63,639 nucleotides of DNA, filler included, from Welwitschia mirabilis (GCA_051453625.1; 4 parts of one record of this genome joined end to end with filler, not necessarily neighbours in it), one strand, 5' to 3'. Positions 13,186-27,744 are shown, numbered from the whole stretch's first letter. Notes: generated from the letters alone by a model not told the origin. Translations and numbers: made by a program.

Positions 13186-16100
13186 TGTGATACCCTCTCT
13201 TCTCTTACCCTAATTAAGAACTATCTTTTCCCTCTTTTCTCTTCCTTTCTTCTTTAATATTATTACCTAATATACATATTAAAAGCTGAGATCAAATTTT
13301 AATATTTTTATTATTATTTCTATATTATAAAAAAATAAAGCATATTAATATTATATACTTACTTATAATTAATTTTAAATTATTTTGGTTTATAAACAAT
13401 GGCAATGTTATAAGTTTCTATCCTCCATTTTTTTATTAGTTTTTCATCACATAAAATATATCTTATGAATAATTAAGGATATGTAAACTTATTAAAAACA
13501 TACATGAATAAATTTAATGGTAATACCTAACCAATAGAATAATAGGTTGTAACTCAAATTAATGGCATTCTAACTCAATATCCAGCCACTATTTGGATGT
13601 GAGTTGGTTCCATTCAAAGTTATAAACTATACAAACATGACTAGTATCATCTCTATATACTTTTACTTCACCTCGATATACTCCTAATATAGGTGATAGG
13701 TAGTATATAAGGTGGATGCATGCTTACAAATGACCTCCACTCTATTGAAGTATCTTCGAATAATGCAACATAATCCATCGATGCCAAGGGCTTAAGATAT
13801 TAAGTCAGAGTAAGTTCACACATGGGTAAGGTAGAAGACTAGTGATCAACTCCACTTCTAGAAGGTTATTATAAAACTAATTGCAATGAAACCCACCTTG
13901 ATGATGAAATCTAAGTATGGGGATGAAAATCATTAGAATAATATTGATTTAATTCTATTCAATAAATACACCACACAAATGCATGCATATAATTATAACT
14001 AATGTGAATATTTAATAGATTATTTACTTACTTAAAATAGTTCTAATCATCATTGGATTCATTTTATAGAAACAACCATTAAAAAAAAAAAAAAAAAAGC
14101 ATACAAGACCATCTCTATATTTAAGATTATAATATTAAAAATTTATTAAATCAAATCTTAATAATATGCTTAAAGAAACTAAAACATACCTAGAGCTATG
14201 TCAATTCTAGAAATGTTCTTCCATGCCCATATGACAATCTCCATGGTTTGGTGTGAAAAACATAAACAAATGAAAGCATAGCTCAAACATAGTTGTTAAG
14301 ATATAAATATTTATCCAAAATTTATATGGCTACATTATAAGTCAAATAAAAAGTGATAAGATAGAAACTATATATGTTACTTAAACTATTAAAGTAAAAA
14401 CTTGTATAAACTTATACATTCAAAGTAAGATTAAGGAAAAAGGTAAAAGAGGTACTTCTATAAATAAAATACAATTAATAGGTAATGTAACTTAAAGATA
14501 CTAAGATAAATACATTTTATATACTCAAATTCCCTATAAAATTCTATGTAATAATTTTTCTATAATTTAAAATAGGTTTTTGATCTTTAAGGAGATATCA
14601 TAGTCAAAAATTAATAATTAATTAATTATGAAGAAAAAGATAAATTATAGTAGTTTTTCAAAAATTAGACACATAATAGGATCCTTAAAATCTAACTTAA
14701 GCTATTTCAATTCTAATAATATTATTTCTAATGTTATCATTTAAGGTGAAAGACTCTCAAATTTTCTAGAATTGTAGTCCTACTCACTATACTAAAATTA
14801 TTTTAGCTTTCAAAATTATTTGAGATTTTAGATGGCTAAAGATGGATTGAAATGCTTACTTAATTTTCTATAATGTAGGATACTTAAGTTTGAAGATATA
14901 TTAATAAATAGTTACAAAAACATAAATTACTTGCTTATAATTTTTTGATTTATTTTTAATGTATTTTAATAAATAATTTTTTAAATAATAATTAGACATA
15001 TGAAAAATTACTATTTTTACATTTTCACATTCATAACACAATCCTAGATTTATAGAAAAATTATTAGTAATTTATAACTACTAATTAATAAGTTATGGTG
15101 TTTTTATCTTATACCTTTATCTNNNNNNNNNNNNNNNNNNNNNNNNNNNNNNNNNNNNNNNNNNNNNNNNNNNNNNNNNNNNNNNNNNNNNNNNNNNNNN
15201 NNNNNNNNNNNNNNNNNNNNNNNNNNNNNNNNNNNNNNNNNNNNNNNNNNNNNNNNNNNNNNNNNNNNNNNNNNNNNNNNNNNNNNNNNNNNNNNNNNNN
15301 NNNNNNNNNNNNNNNNNNNNNNNNNNNNNNNNNNNNNNNNNNNNNNNNNNNNNNNNNNNNNNNNNNNNNNNNNNNNNNNNNNNNNNNNNNNNNNNNNNNN
15401 NNNNNNNNNNNNNNNNNNNNNNNNNNNNNNNNNNNNNNNNNNNNNNNNNNNNNNNNNNNNNNNNNNNNNNNNNNNNNNNNNNNNNNNNNNNNNNNNNNNN
15501 NNNNNNNNNNNNNNNNNNNNNNNNNNNNNNNNNNNNNNNNNNNNNNNNNNNNNNNNNNNNNNNNNNNNNNNNNNNNNNNNNNNNNNNNNNNNNNNNNNNN
15601 NNNNNNNNNNNNNNNNNNNNNNNNNNNNNNNNNNNNNNNNNNNNNNNNNNNNNNNNNNNNNNNNNNNNNNNNNNNNNNNNNNNNNNNNNNNNNNNNNNNN
15701 NNNNNNNNNNNNNNNNNNNNNNNNNNNNNNNNNNNNNNNNNNNNNNNNNNNNNNNNNNNNNNNNNNNNNNNNNNNNNNNNNNNNNNNNNNNNNNNNNNNN
15801 NNNNNNNNNNNNNNNNNNNNNNNNNNNNNNNNNNNNNNNNNNNNNNNNNNNNNNNNNNNNNNNNNNNNNNNNNNNNNNNNNNNNNNNNNNNNNNNNNNNN
15901 NNNNNNNNNNNNNNNNNNNNNNNNNNNNNNNNNNNNNNNNNNNNNNNNNNNNNNNNNNNNNNNNNNNNNNNNNNNNNNNNNNNNNNNNNNNNNNNNNNNN
16001 NNNNNNNNNNNNNNNNNNNNNNNNNNNNNNNNNNNNNNNNNNNNNNNNNNNNNNNNNNNNNNNNNNNNNNNNNNNNNNNNNNNNNNNNNNNNNNNNNNNN

Positions 16101-16988
16101 NNNNNNNNNNNNNNNNAAAAAATAAAAAGTATCTCCATTTTACAAGAGAAAAAGTATCTCTATATATTGATAAACAAAGGCACACCGCTCAAGATCATAA
16201 GATTATGTGATTTATCATTAATAAGTGGGATGAGTAATAAGTGATATTGGATTACAAAAATAGATCATACTTATGACTCATGCACCTAATTAAGATGAAT
16301 GATCTTGTTACTTTAATTAATAAGGTTAATTACATGTTCCTTATTCTAGCTTCTTTTTAATCCTTCATAGGTCCATAAGTAAATTTAATTCATATAAGAC
16401 ATGCCTCAAAAGAATAAANNNNNNNNNNNNNNNNNNNNNNNNNNNNNNNNNNNNNNNNNNNNNNNNNNNNNNNNNNNNNNNNNNNNNNNNNNNNNNNNNN
16501 NNNNNNNNNNNNNNNNNNNNNNNNNNNNNNNNNNNNNNNNNNNNNNNNNNNNNNNNNNNNNNNNNNNNNNNNNNNNNNNNNNNNNNNNNNNNNNNNNNNN
16601 NNNNTCATGTATTTGAAAATTCATAAAATTTATCAATCACATAACACAAGGAAGAAAATGTTTATTCATAATATGGTACACCTATCACATTTATCAAGAA
16701 TTTAAATGAGTAAATTATATGGAAAATATATTATTATGTCTTCTTGAAATTTTTAATTTATTAGTTTTATCATGTGATTTTAATTCCTCACATAATGGAA
16801 TTATATAATTTTAAATGTTTGGATAGCTTTTTTCATAGAAACCTTCTAACATAATTTTCATCATTTTCATGGTAAATTATAAAAATTACAAACTAAGATT
16901 AATTTAAAATCACATTTTATTTTGACAAGGCCTTTAAATAAGGATAGTTAATTTAAATAAGCTTGTTTAAAAAATATATGATGTGATA
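13186..16988 (-). mobile_element. 3' LTR of a Tekay/Del-type gypsy element (contains two gaps)
   Basis: Terminus TGTGATACCC at 13186; the other terminus is preceded on the minus strand by PPT-like taagtggataagaa just after the integrase end. Confidence 0.65.
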
Positions 16989-17069
16989 TTCTTATCCACT
17001 TAGACTGATTTACTCCTAGGAATTAAGATACATAAATAGCTTAAAAACACTTAACTATATATTATGAGA

Positions 17070-20000
17070 TTAAAAATATTTAGATATTAATTTTTCATTG
17101 TTTCCTCTAACTTCCAAGTAGCTTCATCAAGACGATAATTACTTCATTGTATTTTCACTTCATGGATCTTCCTATTTCATAAATTAATATTTCATTGGTC
17201 TAACATTACTCTCAGCTTATCTGTAGTTGAATAATCTGATTCCACTTGAATAAGAAATCAATTTAACACATGAGAAGGATATGTAATATACTTTCTTATA
17301 TACTTACATTTAAAACATCATGTAAATATAATAATCAAGGAGGTGGAGTAAGCTTTATGTAATAGATTCAACTCTTGTTAACATTTTAAATAGTCTAATG
17401 AATTAAGGAGCTAATTTTGATCTCTTAACTTCTTTCATTACTGATTTTATTAGTAGCACTTTAAGAAATACATGATCATCTATTTTGAACTTAAGATATC
17501 TTCTTTGATAGTGTGCATATATCTTTTGTCTACTTATTGCTTCTTTAAGTCTATTGTTAATGATTCTTATTTTACCTTCCATCTATTATAATATTTCTAA
17601 CCCTATCATTATTTTTTTAAGGTTCTATTCATGAAGTAGGTGCTATACACTTTTTACCATATAGGGTTTCAACTAAAGTCATTTGAATTAAACTATGATA
17701 ACTATTGGTAAGTAGTATTTTCAACTCTTGGAATTATCTATATTACATGCCATAGAAGATCTTCTAAAATTTGATTAAATCTTTTTACCTAATCATCTAT
17801 TTGAGAATAAAATGCATTATTCATATTTAATTTCATTCCCAAACCTATTTATAATTCTCTTTAAAGCTTAGAAGTAAATTTTGAATATCTATCAGCGATA
17901 ATTGATAAAGGTATACCATGAAGCTAATTAACATTTGGAGTATATACTTTAGCTATATTCTTGACATCATAAGTAGATTTCCTTGGAATACAATATGCTA
18001 ACTTAGTTGCATTATTAATTATTACCATAATAGAATCATTACATCTTTGGGTTTTTTAAAATATTGTAATAAGTCCATGTAAATCACATTTCATAGATAT
18101 TTTAGAATGTCATGAGAATAAAGTAATCCTACTGGATTTCTATATTTTTTAAAACTTATTAATAATTAAAGAATCTTAACATAAATTGTGTTATATCCTC
18201 TTTCATCCCTAACCACCAAAATGTTTGTTTCATGTTTTAATACATTTTAGTCCCTCTAAGATGATCTACTATAGGTGGATTATGAAATTAAAACATTAGC
18301 TTATGTATAATTGCAACTACATTACGAATTAAAAATATTCCCTTGAATTTGATAATACCATCTGAATTAATACTAAAATTCTTTAAATCTCTTGAATTTT
18401 CTAACTAGTTCTTTAATTTTTGATAATTCTCCTCCCTTTTTCATTCCTTTAACATAATGGTAGAAATTTATTTTTGAATTTTCATAATTAATTTAAGATA
18501 ACCTCATATACTAAGAGCATCTGCAACTTTATTTTCATTACCTTTATGATATAAAATCTCTACATCAAAATTACATAAAAGTTTTATCCATCTTCTTTGC
18601 CTAAGGTTTAAGTTTGGTTGAGTAAATCTATTTAAACTTTCCAACTTGAAACTTTACACTATGGAGATAATGAGTCCATAATTTTAAATCAAAAATTATT
18701 GCAACTAATTCAAGATCATAAATGAGATAATTTATCTCATGAGTTTTAATTTGTTTTAATCCATAGGCTATCTTATTTAAAAACTGCTTCAAGACCTTCT
18801 CCAAATGCATTAATATAAACTAAAAATATCTTTCAACCATTTAACATTATTAAGACTCAAGCACTGGTTAAGCATTCTTTAAGATGATCAAATAACTGCT
18901 AACATTTTTCTATCTATTAGAAGTATTTATTTTTCTTTAAAAGGCTTGTTAATTAAGAAGCTATCTTAGAGAAGTTGAATATGAATTGAAGATAGTACCT
19001 AAAAGAACTAAGAAATATTATAAACCTAGTAATATTTGTAAGTATTAGCCATTTCATAATTGCTCTAACTTTATCTTGGTCTACTGATATACCTTTCTTG
19101 GATATTACATGATCTAGAAATTGAATGTATTCCTTTCAAAAAGATCATTTTCTTATGTGCATATAATTGGTAATTTCATAAAGTTTGTAATACCATTCTT
19201 GAGTGTTTCCCATGATCTTCATAAGTCTTAGAATAAACGAGGATATCATTAATAAATAATATTATAAAGGAATTAAGATGTGATTAAAAGATGTAATGTA
19301 TAATATTCATAAATATTATAAGGATATTAGTTAAATTAAAAGGCATAATAATGAACTCATAATACTCATAGTAAGTTCTAAATGCTATTTTATGAATATC
19401 TTTCCTTAATTTAAACTTAATGATATCCAAATTTTAGATCAACTTTTAAGAACATGTTAGATTTCTTGAGTTAATCAAAAAGGTCATCTATTATTGGTAA
19501 TGGATATCTGTTCTTGTTGATAATCTTATTTAGCTATCTATAATTAAAGCATAGTCTTAATGTTCCATCCTTATTCTTTATAAATAATATAGGTGTTCCT
19601 CATAGTGATATGCTAGGATGAATAGAGCCTTTCTATTAAGTTATTCAATCTAAGTTTTTAATTAATTCATTTTTGTAGGAGACATTTTATATGGTGTCTT
19701 AAAACTTAATTGGCTTCCTAGGATTAATTCAATGGAAAATTCAACTTCTTGAAGTGGTGGCATTCCTGGTAATTCTATTGTAAATACATCAAGATATTCT
19801 TGAACTATTGGTATATTATTCACTGAAGTTCCTCCTTTCTTTAAGCTACTACTTGATTTAAGGTATAACATATAAATTGATGATTCCCTCTTAATTTTTC
19901 TTTTTATATTCTTTGCATTAATTAAATTTTCTACTACTAATTTTTAATGACCTTGAAATATTTATCTTTGGTCATGATTCATCATTTCTACTTGATGATT

Positions 20001-21499
20001 TTCATAATTTATAACTACTATATTTTACATTAATCAATTCTTACTCAAACCAATGTCATATTTTTTTTAAGTAAATAACAATTAGTTATATCTAAAAATA
20101 TTCCTCACTTATGAATAAAGTATAGTTTTGGACTTGCTAATTAACTTTTGACATGAATCCATTTGCTAACTCTATACATCCCTCAGTTGGATGATAATCG
20201 AAATTTTTTCATATAATAATTCTAGGATATATAAAGCAATATGGTGCTTCATAATAAAATAAAATAATTACTTCTTTATTATTAAGTAAAGTCTTGCCTT
20301 CTATGGGAGATCTCTGAAATTTCACCCCTTGATTATATACTATTATTTGAAGTTATCTTATTAATTGAGGAATACTTTTTGATCCTTGAGGCTTCTCTGG
20401 TTATTATCTGAAAAGGTCTCTATTATGTAATGGATCTTACATTATGTCATGATTTTCTTTACAATAGTAACATTGATATCCATTATACTAGTTTTGATAT
20501 TGATATTAACTAGGAGTTTTCTAGAAATTGAATCTCTGAGGTTGATTACTTGCATAACTTTCATTAGGAACATTCTAGTTTCTTTTGAATGGAGTCTACT
20601 TTAGTTGATTAAAATTTATATTTTTACTATTACTACTATTAACATTATTTTTGCTAAAGTACTAATTCTTATTTTGATAAGACATTTGTGATTGATTTCT
20701 CTTAAGGATATGCCCTTGTGGAGGAATTTTTTCTTAATTTTTTGTTATCTTTGTCAGTTTCATTCTGCTATCTTTGTCTTTTCTACAACTTCTACTATAA
20801 TCTCGGGTTGAGACATGGATACTTTTATAATAAGAAAAGGAAGAAGACTATCAATAAAGAGATTTGATTTATCTTCTTAATCAAGATGCATATGTGACAC
20901 ATATCTTAACAGTTATACAAATTTACACTCAAGAGATGCTATGATTACATTATGAGCCTATCTTAGATTGTAGAATTTTATACCCTTCTAGTGAATATAG
21001 AACTTGATGATATACCTCTCCTTAAAGATGTATGAAAATTTCCTTCATGGAAGTTCTAGATCTCCTAACTAGGTCATTTTCATTCTTCACCATAGAATAG
21101 CTTATCCTTGTAACATATAAATAGATATAGAAGTCTTTTCATATTCATCACATCTTAAGGCACCTATAACTTTTTAAATATCACTCAACCATGCTTCTAC
21201 TTTAGAAGGATTTGAACTTCCTACAACTTTAGTGGATTTAACTTAGTAAATGTTTAAAGTAATTTCCTCATACCCACTTCCTTAGGTTGATTGATACCAT
21301 TGTTTACTTATGGATTTTAACCTTGATTTACTATTTGTGATAGAAACTACATAAAGGTACTCATCAATGATTATAGATTAAGGTTGAATGGGAACTTATT
21401 TCCATAATTAGATTTTTAATTATCTTATGTATTCTCTTGATTTTGATTAATTGGTACAACTAACCTGGCTTCAAGGCTTAACTGACAATGACGAGGCAT
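17070..21499 (-). pseudogene. gag-pol: Tekay (chromovirus) gag-pol with chromodomain, degenerate
   Basis: Minus strand: MPR start at 21499; IPIVQEYLDVF..ELPGMPP.QEVEFSIEL; NRYPLPIIDDLFD; RT LFINDILVYS (~19230-19260); RNase H DLELVAIIFDLKLW.HYL; chromodomain KIHEVKIQ*SN...EATWKLEETMK (~17090-17170). Confidence 0.92.
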
Positions 21500-21594
21500 T
21501 TGAAAGAGTAGGAAATTTTCATGAAATTATATTTTGAAATAGGATAGATATTAGTAAAGTTTAAACTTAAAAATATTTTTATAATCCTAAGAAT

Positions 21595-21694
21595 NNNNNN
21601 NNNNNNNNNNNNNNNNNNNNNNNNNNNNNNNNNNNNNNTTAATTAATTAANNNNNNNNNNNNNNNNNNNNNNNNNNNNNNNNNNNNNNNNNNNN
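21595..21694. other. Artificial scaffold spacer (44N-TTAATTAATTAA-44N)
   Basis: Exactly 100 bp; the 12-mer carries stops in all six frames; identical structure occurs three times. Confidence 0.95.
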
Positions 21695-21864
21695 ATCTTG
21701 TATTAAATTTCATTTGAGTTTCATCAAATTAGATTTCTACTTTTATTCATTTATAGTGGTAAGATTGGATTTCATCTAATCTTAAGCTCCAGTATCCTAA
21801 ATTATTCTATATTAGCATCAATTATATTAACTCTAATGCTTATCTTTGACTATGATCTTTACAA

Positions 21865-21998
21865 CTCCCCATTATAATGATCAAGAAATGTCCAAAAATA
21901 AAAAGAGAATCCAAGTAAATTGACCGTAAAAAAAAGGAAAATAAGAAAAAAGAAAAAAATCAAAAAGGAAAAAAAGAAAAAAAGAAACATATACATGT

Positions 21999-22032
<34 letters not shown>

Positions 22033-22870
22033 CATGATGTCCTAGCACAAGTGCATCGAGACAAATATTCCCAAGAGGGACATTTGGTAGTGCAATATGG
22101 TAACTATGGGAATCCACCAAGGTGTTAATTGGTCATGATCTGACTTTGGCTTGTAAATTCTTATACTCTTGGTAGTGGTTGCACATCCCTCATTGTGATG
22201 AATGGTGTTCTTTAAACATCCCATTAGCTTGATTTTTCCATGACTCTAAAGCTATGAATTCATGAGCATTTAAAACATCTTGGTTATTATATAATAAGTT
22301 AGTAAGATCTCACTTCTTGTCGTAGCCGATCATTGGATTAAGTTATAGTCTAGACACTATATTGATACTTTGCAGAATAATCACAAGTCATTTCCCTTAT
22401 CACATGATACTATGTTATTTAACATCGAACTACTACATTAATGACATCAAACAATGTTATGATCCATACCAGTGGACTTTGTTAGATTGGCATTTAGAGG
22501 TGTGGAAATCAATCTTCTTTGTGCACTATTTGTCCATCTTTACCTAATGTTTCCTTGATATTAATAATTAATTACATCAAAGTCATTGTTGTATTTAATC
22601 TTACCTGCTTGAGACTAATTTCACTTTCCAGTTAATTTGTTATATTTTGGTATTTCTCCCTTTTACTATTTCCTTTACTACCTTGTAATGTGGTGAGAAT
22701 TTATTTCCCACTGCCTCTCATCCCTCACTTTCTATTTACCATTCTCCTATACACTAGCTTTTCTTATCCTTTTTTTCATGATTACAGTCAAAAATTAAAT
22801 ACCACTTCCCATTTTCCTATTTTCTACATTTATTGCTACTCCTCTTTCTATCTTTTTAATCTACCTATGT
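21865..22870 (-). mobile_element. Dispersed repeat with a decayed PMD/Mutator-associated-like ORF, copy 1
   Basis: Reverse complement aligns by eye with ~43300-44998 (e.g. cctcttgggaa..ttt...taggacatc and ttgatcatta.aatgg); the protein family is only a guess. Confidence 0.5.
21999..22024. repeat. (AC)13 microsatellite
   Basis: Directly visible. Confidence 0.95.
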
Positions 22871-25399
22871 TGCTATAAATTAGAGAAAAAAAAGAAAAAA
22901 AAAGAAGAGAGAAGAAAAAGAAGAAGAGAGGGAGAAAGCAAAACACTCAAACAAGCACATAATCATTTTTGACATGAGGCTTATCTTTTACCTCACACCA
23001 AAAGGGGAGAACTATAAAATTAGAACTCATCCCAAGTGCGTCACAGAGAAGGACGATAATAAAAAACGAGGTGCTGCGAAGAGCAATGTTGTTAAAAGAA
23101 TACAGTACCAGAAAATGAGACACCCATAGAAAGGTACTCACTAAAACATCTAGTGGAAAAAAATGTAGAGAAAGCAGATCATGAGAGGAAGAATGAGGAA
23201 AAGTAAGAGAAAATCACTAGATAAGATAACACAAGAGTAGGGAGCATTCAAAAAAAAAAGGACACCAAAATGAAGAGGGAGAATAGATTAAAACATATCA
23301 TAGTTAGATAAAAAGTAGTGTTAGCATAGATAGTACCATTAAATAGAGGATCACAAAGAAATTAAGAGAGAAAAGGTGGCCACACATCACAGGCGAGCCG
23401 ATCAATTAAAAAACACAAGAGACATGCACAGAACAAAGACAGTAGATGATCGATAATAAAAAAAAAAAAAGAAAGAATAGTTTGAGATTGGGAGAACACG
23501 ATAAAGTAGAGAACGTAAAAGCCATCACAGAAAAAAAAAAAAAAAGAAGAAGAAGAAGAANNNNNNNNNNGCACCAATCCTATGATAGACATTAAGAGGT
23601 AATGAGAATGCAAGAGAATAAGATTGTAGAAAATTACATCAAATTTTAGATTTTGTTTGAACCTAAACTAAAATCATTGTTTTATGCTTTTTCTTATTAT
23701 TGGAAAAATCTTCAAAAATTCATCATCTTTACTTCAAATTTTTTTTTCTTTTTACGATGAACTCTAATTTATGTCTAAATTACTTTTAAAAGTTATCTTT
23801 TTAAAAAAAAAGGGAAAAAGCTTTACTTTTCACAATAACTAATTAAGATAGAATTATTAAAAAAAAAAAAAAGATGACAAATCACTTATCAACATCAAGA
23901 AATTTTTATAAATAATTAGGCTTTCTAGTATTTAAAAAAAAACTTCTAAGGATGACTTCTAACTATGCTTTGTGAGATATATCTTTAAAGTTCAAATGGC
24001 ATCTATTTTGGTTTTTAAAAATATTAGGATTTGGGAAACTTGCTTTTATAAAATACATGCATTAATTACCATTCCTCATGAATTTTTTTTAAAAAATAAT
24101 GTTTTGTCCTATTTAGTTTGGAAATTTAATCTTTTAATTAAATTAAAATTTTAGAGGAAAAATATGCCTAAATAATCTCTTTAGTCTTGATGATAAATTC
24201 AAAGTATCAATAAAAATCAAAATAATTAAATCTCATGTTAAAAGAAAGGACATTAAAAAATAGCCAAACTAGTCAAATTTAATCAACTTAGTCAAACAAT
24301 CAAAATCAGTTAAAATGAGTCAAATGAAGTTAGTCAAGGTAAGTCCAAGGTAGTTAATAAAATTCAGTCAAACTTAGTCAAACTAGGTTAAGTTATTAAG
24401 TTTAGCTTAAACTCAATCANNNNNNNATCAAACCATTAAAACCATCTATCATGACATAACATTAGAACTAATCCACCATTTACGAGAAATAAAAAATCTT
24501 GTAAATAAAAAGGTTAAGGCTCGTTAGCAACACAGATGCCCGCTGTAGGTGGGGAATGGAGTAGAAGACTTTATAGTAAGAAACTAAGCAAGAGGGTAAA
24601 GGACTCCTGAGGTTGGATGCAAGGAGCTAGCTGATTAGAGAGGCCACAGGTAATGGNNNNNNNNNNNNNNNNNNNNNNNNNNNNNNNNNNNNNNNNNNAG
24701 TTGTAGGTGCTGTAGGAAGATTAGCACAGATAGCAGAGGATAGTGGCCAACAGAAGCCATGATGCACACAGAGTAGAGTGGAGCCATAGTAGTAGATGTG
24801 ATGGCCGAGGAGGCATTTGACATAAGACGTGCAGGTAGAAAAATAACATAGTAGTGGAAAAATCCAATTAGAAGCAAGGTGAGTGGATATGTTATGAGAA
24901 TAAGGTCCACTCAATGAAGAAATACAGGATTTTTACACATTATGTTTATGATCTTCTATCCACCACTACCTAATGTGCATATAGGCTATGGAATTGCAGT
25001 AAGAGGAGTGACTGTAGTGATGCACAACATGAATAGGCTGAGATGAGACAACATTAGGGCCTCTCCTCTTGCAAAACATTTACTATAAAAGCTCAGAGCA
25101 TAGGGGACTCAATGACGCAGGCGCTCAGTGGCATGTAGGTAGGCTAAAGGATGTGTCATAGTGCTGACAGAGACCAAGGCAGAGGATAAGACCATGGATG
25201 TGCATTGACAGCAAGGACACCTAAGAGGTAGAATGTATGTATCACCAGGTGCAGAAAAGATAGGAGCATAGGTAAGGTAGAAGCAGAGGCAGGTTTTGAT
25301 GTGCAAGGACAACCATGTAGTTATAGGCATAGATTAGCTAAGGGGAAAGGGAAAAGAATCCCTACAAAAAAACAAGCCAAAGAAAATTTATTTTAAAGA

Positions 25400-26133
25400 A
25401 AAAATATTTTAAAGCTAAACTATTTTTAAAAAAGAATTATTTTCTTAAAGAAAAATGGGGAAGGAAATCCCTTAAAAAATTATATTTCCTTAAGAAAAAT
25501 AAACAACCCCCCCAAAAAATATCCCTTATTAAAGAAAATTATGCTCCCTTAAAAAAGGAAATTTTGACAAGATAGGCTCCTTAAAAAGTATTTTACCCTT
25601 AAAAAAATTATGCCCCAAAAAAAGATTGTATTTTTTTAAAAGAATTTATGAGAAAAAAAAAAGGTTAAGAAAGAGAAAGAGAGGGCCAAAAGAGAAGCCC
25701 TAGAAGAGGATCCAAAAAAACTCCAAAGAGGCCATTAGAAGCTCCAAAGCTTAAGGATGATAACAAAGAACTCTACAAGATCTCCTCCAAAACTCTGAGA
25801 CCTCTTGTTGTGAAATAGAAGAGTAAGAACACATGTGCAAGAGTTCTCAAAATCAAATTTTTTTCCTCTAAAAATAATTCTTTATCATTATTACATTAAA
25901 TAAGTTTTTAATAAAGACAATCATACCACTAGGATTTCATTATGGTTTTTATGTATTCATACATGTAGAACCATAGTGTGAATATAAACCTCCACACTTA
26001 CTACAAGTCAAAAGCTTGATAACAACTAGAGGCTTGATATAACTAGGTTTTTGATATAATGAAGAGCCTAATACATGTCAAAAGCATAATATATCCTATT
26101 CAAAATCAAACTATAAAGATCAAATTTGTTAAT
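25400..26133 (-). mobile_element. Short LTR (~25806-26133) with decayed Met-PBS and 5' leader, copia-like
   Basis: The minus-strand LTR ends ...cacaaca, followed by aggtctcagag (decayed tggtatcagag); the leader has repeated ccttaaaaa units. Confidence 0.55.
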
Positions 26134-26299
26134 ATTATAAGTTATGACTTCTCATTGGTGGTTATGTAAGATGTGAAAACCTAAAAGGATGTAGTTGAAA
26201 TAGTTTAGACACCACACTATTTTTCATCTGAAGAAGAGAATTTTGAGTAGTTATTACGAACTTTAAAAATCCAAAAAGGAGAACTTAAGTGAATTTGAT

Positions 26300-27230
26300 T
26301 ATTTAAAATTAGTGAAAATACTACAATAATAACAAAAATGTTAAAAAAAAGAAAATTTCTAGTATAATCTTGGACGATTAGTCTAATAAGAATAAATAAT
26401 ATGATAGACTTATTTTATCAGCTATAGTAAAGCATATGTATAAATGTTACCTCAAAGCATTTATCATTAACAACTAATGATCTTAAAGAAAAACAAAGAA
26501 CTATTGATAAAATTTTATCTTCTTTAATTCTTTGAATTCCAAATGTTATTGTAAAATGGTATAAAAATGTGCATTCATATACAAAATTCTGAAAAGTTTT
26601 AAGGCAACATTTAATAGGAAACTAAATATGGAGTTCACCTATTTTCTACATAAGATAAATAATCCTTACATGAAAATAGGTAATACATGAAACACAAGGA
26701 TATTTTAAACAAGAATAACAAATAATAGTGCATTACATGGTAATTATTGATTAAGAGTACTTAAATGATATCAACATATGACCATGTTATAGTAACATTA
26801 TAATTTGATAAAAAATTAAAGATGATCTTAATAAGGCCTATAATGGATACTACTAAAGTGCCATGGAAATAATTCTATAGAAGATAAAGGTAACTATGAT
26901 GTAAGTAGGCTCATACAAGATTGAAAAGAAAACAACCATAAAAATGACATGCTAAGATAAAAATACAAGACAAAGGAGATAACCAAAATAACAATCACCC
27001 ATAATATGGATTTTAAAAGTAAGAAAAATATCAAATAAAATGTATAAGATGTCAAATAAATGATTACTATGCATCTAGATATAAAACTTCATTTGAGGAA
27101 ATTTAGCAAAAATTTCAAGAACACTAAGTAAAGAATACTAGGAATACATTAAAATATTATAATTAAGAATTAATTTACATCATATGTCAAACTTATGGCA
27201 ACTAAAAGGTGAAGAAGAAGTTAGTTAAGT
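26300..27230 (+). pseudogene. Degenerate gag-like ORF without downstream pol
   Basis: VKWYKNVHSYTKF*KVLRQHL (retrotransposon gag-like) and a decayed zinc knuckle CIRCQINDYYASRY at 27041-27082. Confidence 0.45.
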
Positions 27231-27744
27231 GGACCTTTTAATGAATGAAACAAAGCTAGTTTAGTTATAGATTATGTATATTTAATAGGTTATGTAAATT
27301 TACTTATGGGTAGTATAATAGAGTATGACATAATTTGTGGTTTGATGTAATTGCCATTATTTTATGTTTATTATTTTGCTTAAGCTATGTTAATTAGGCA
27401 ACTAGTCTTATGTCTTCATGTTATGTAATGGGATTTATCACACATTATTAAGTTGCATTATCATTAATCACTTTAATTATTAAATAATGTAATATACTCA
27501 TATTTGAGATTAATGGAAATAAACTAACATAACTTAAAACCTCTAGAAAAAGATGAATGAAATGCTCCTAGTTTAAAGACTCAAATTTTAATGCTTTATT
27601 TATCCTTGAAAGATTGATAAATTCTTGATTTTATCTTTAACTTAGATACTTTCTTTAGTATGTTTACGATTTGATTCTTTCTTATGCCTCATTCTACATC
27701 AGATGATCAAATGTTTTAGGATTAAAGAAATACCAAATTACATA

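Noticed and set aside
15095..16636. Long ORFs in the track (344-371 aa and ~70 aa)
   Set aside because: Composed of X from assembly gaps; the same applies to 32994-33708.
21639..21650. TTAATTAATTAA palindrome as a biological site
   Set aside because: Always centred in exactly 44+44 Ns, so it is an assembly linker.
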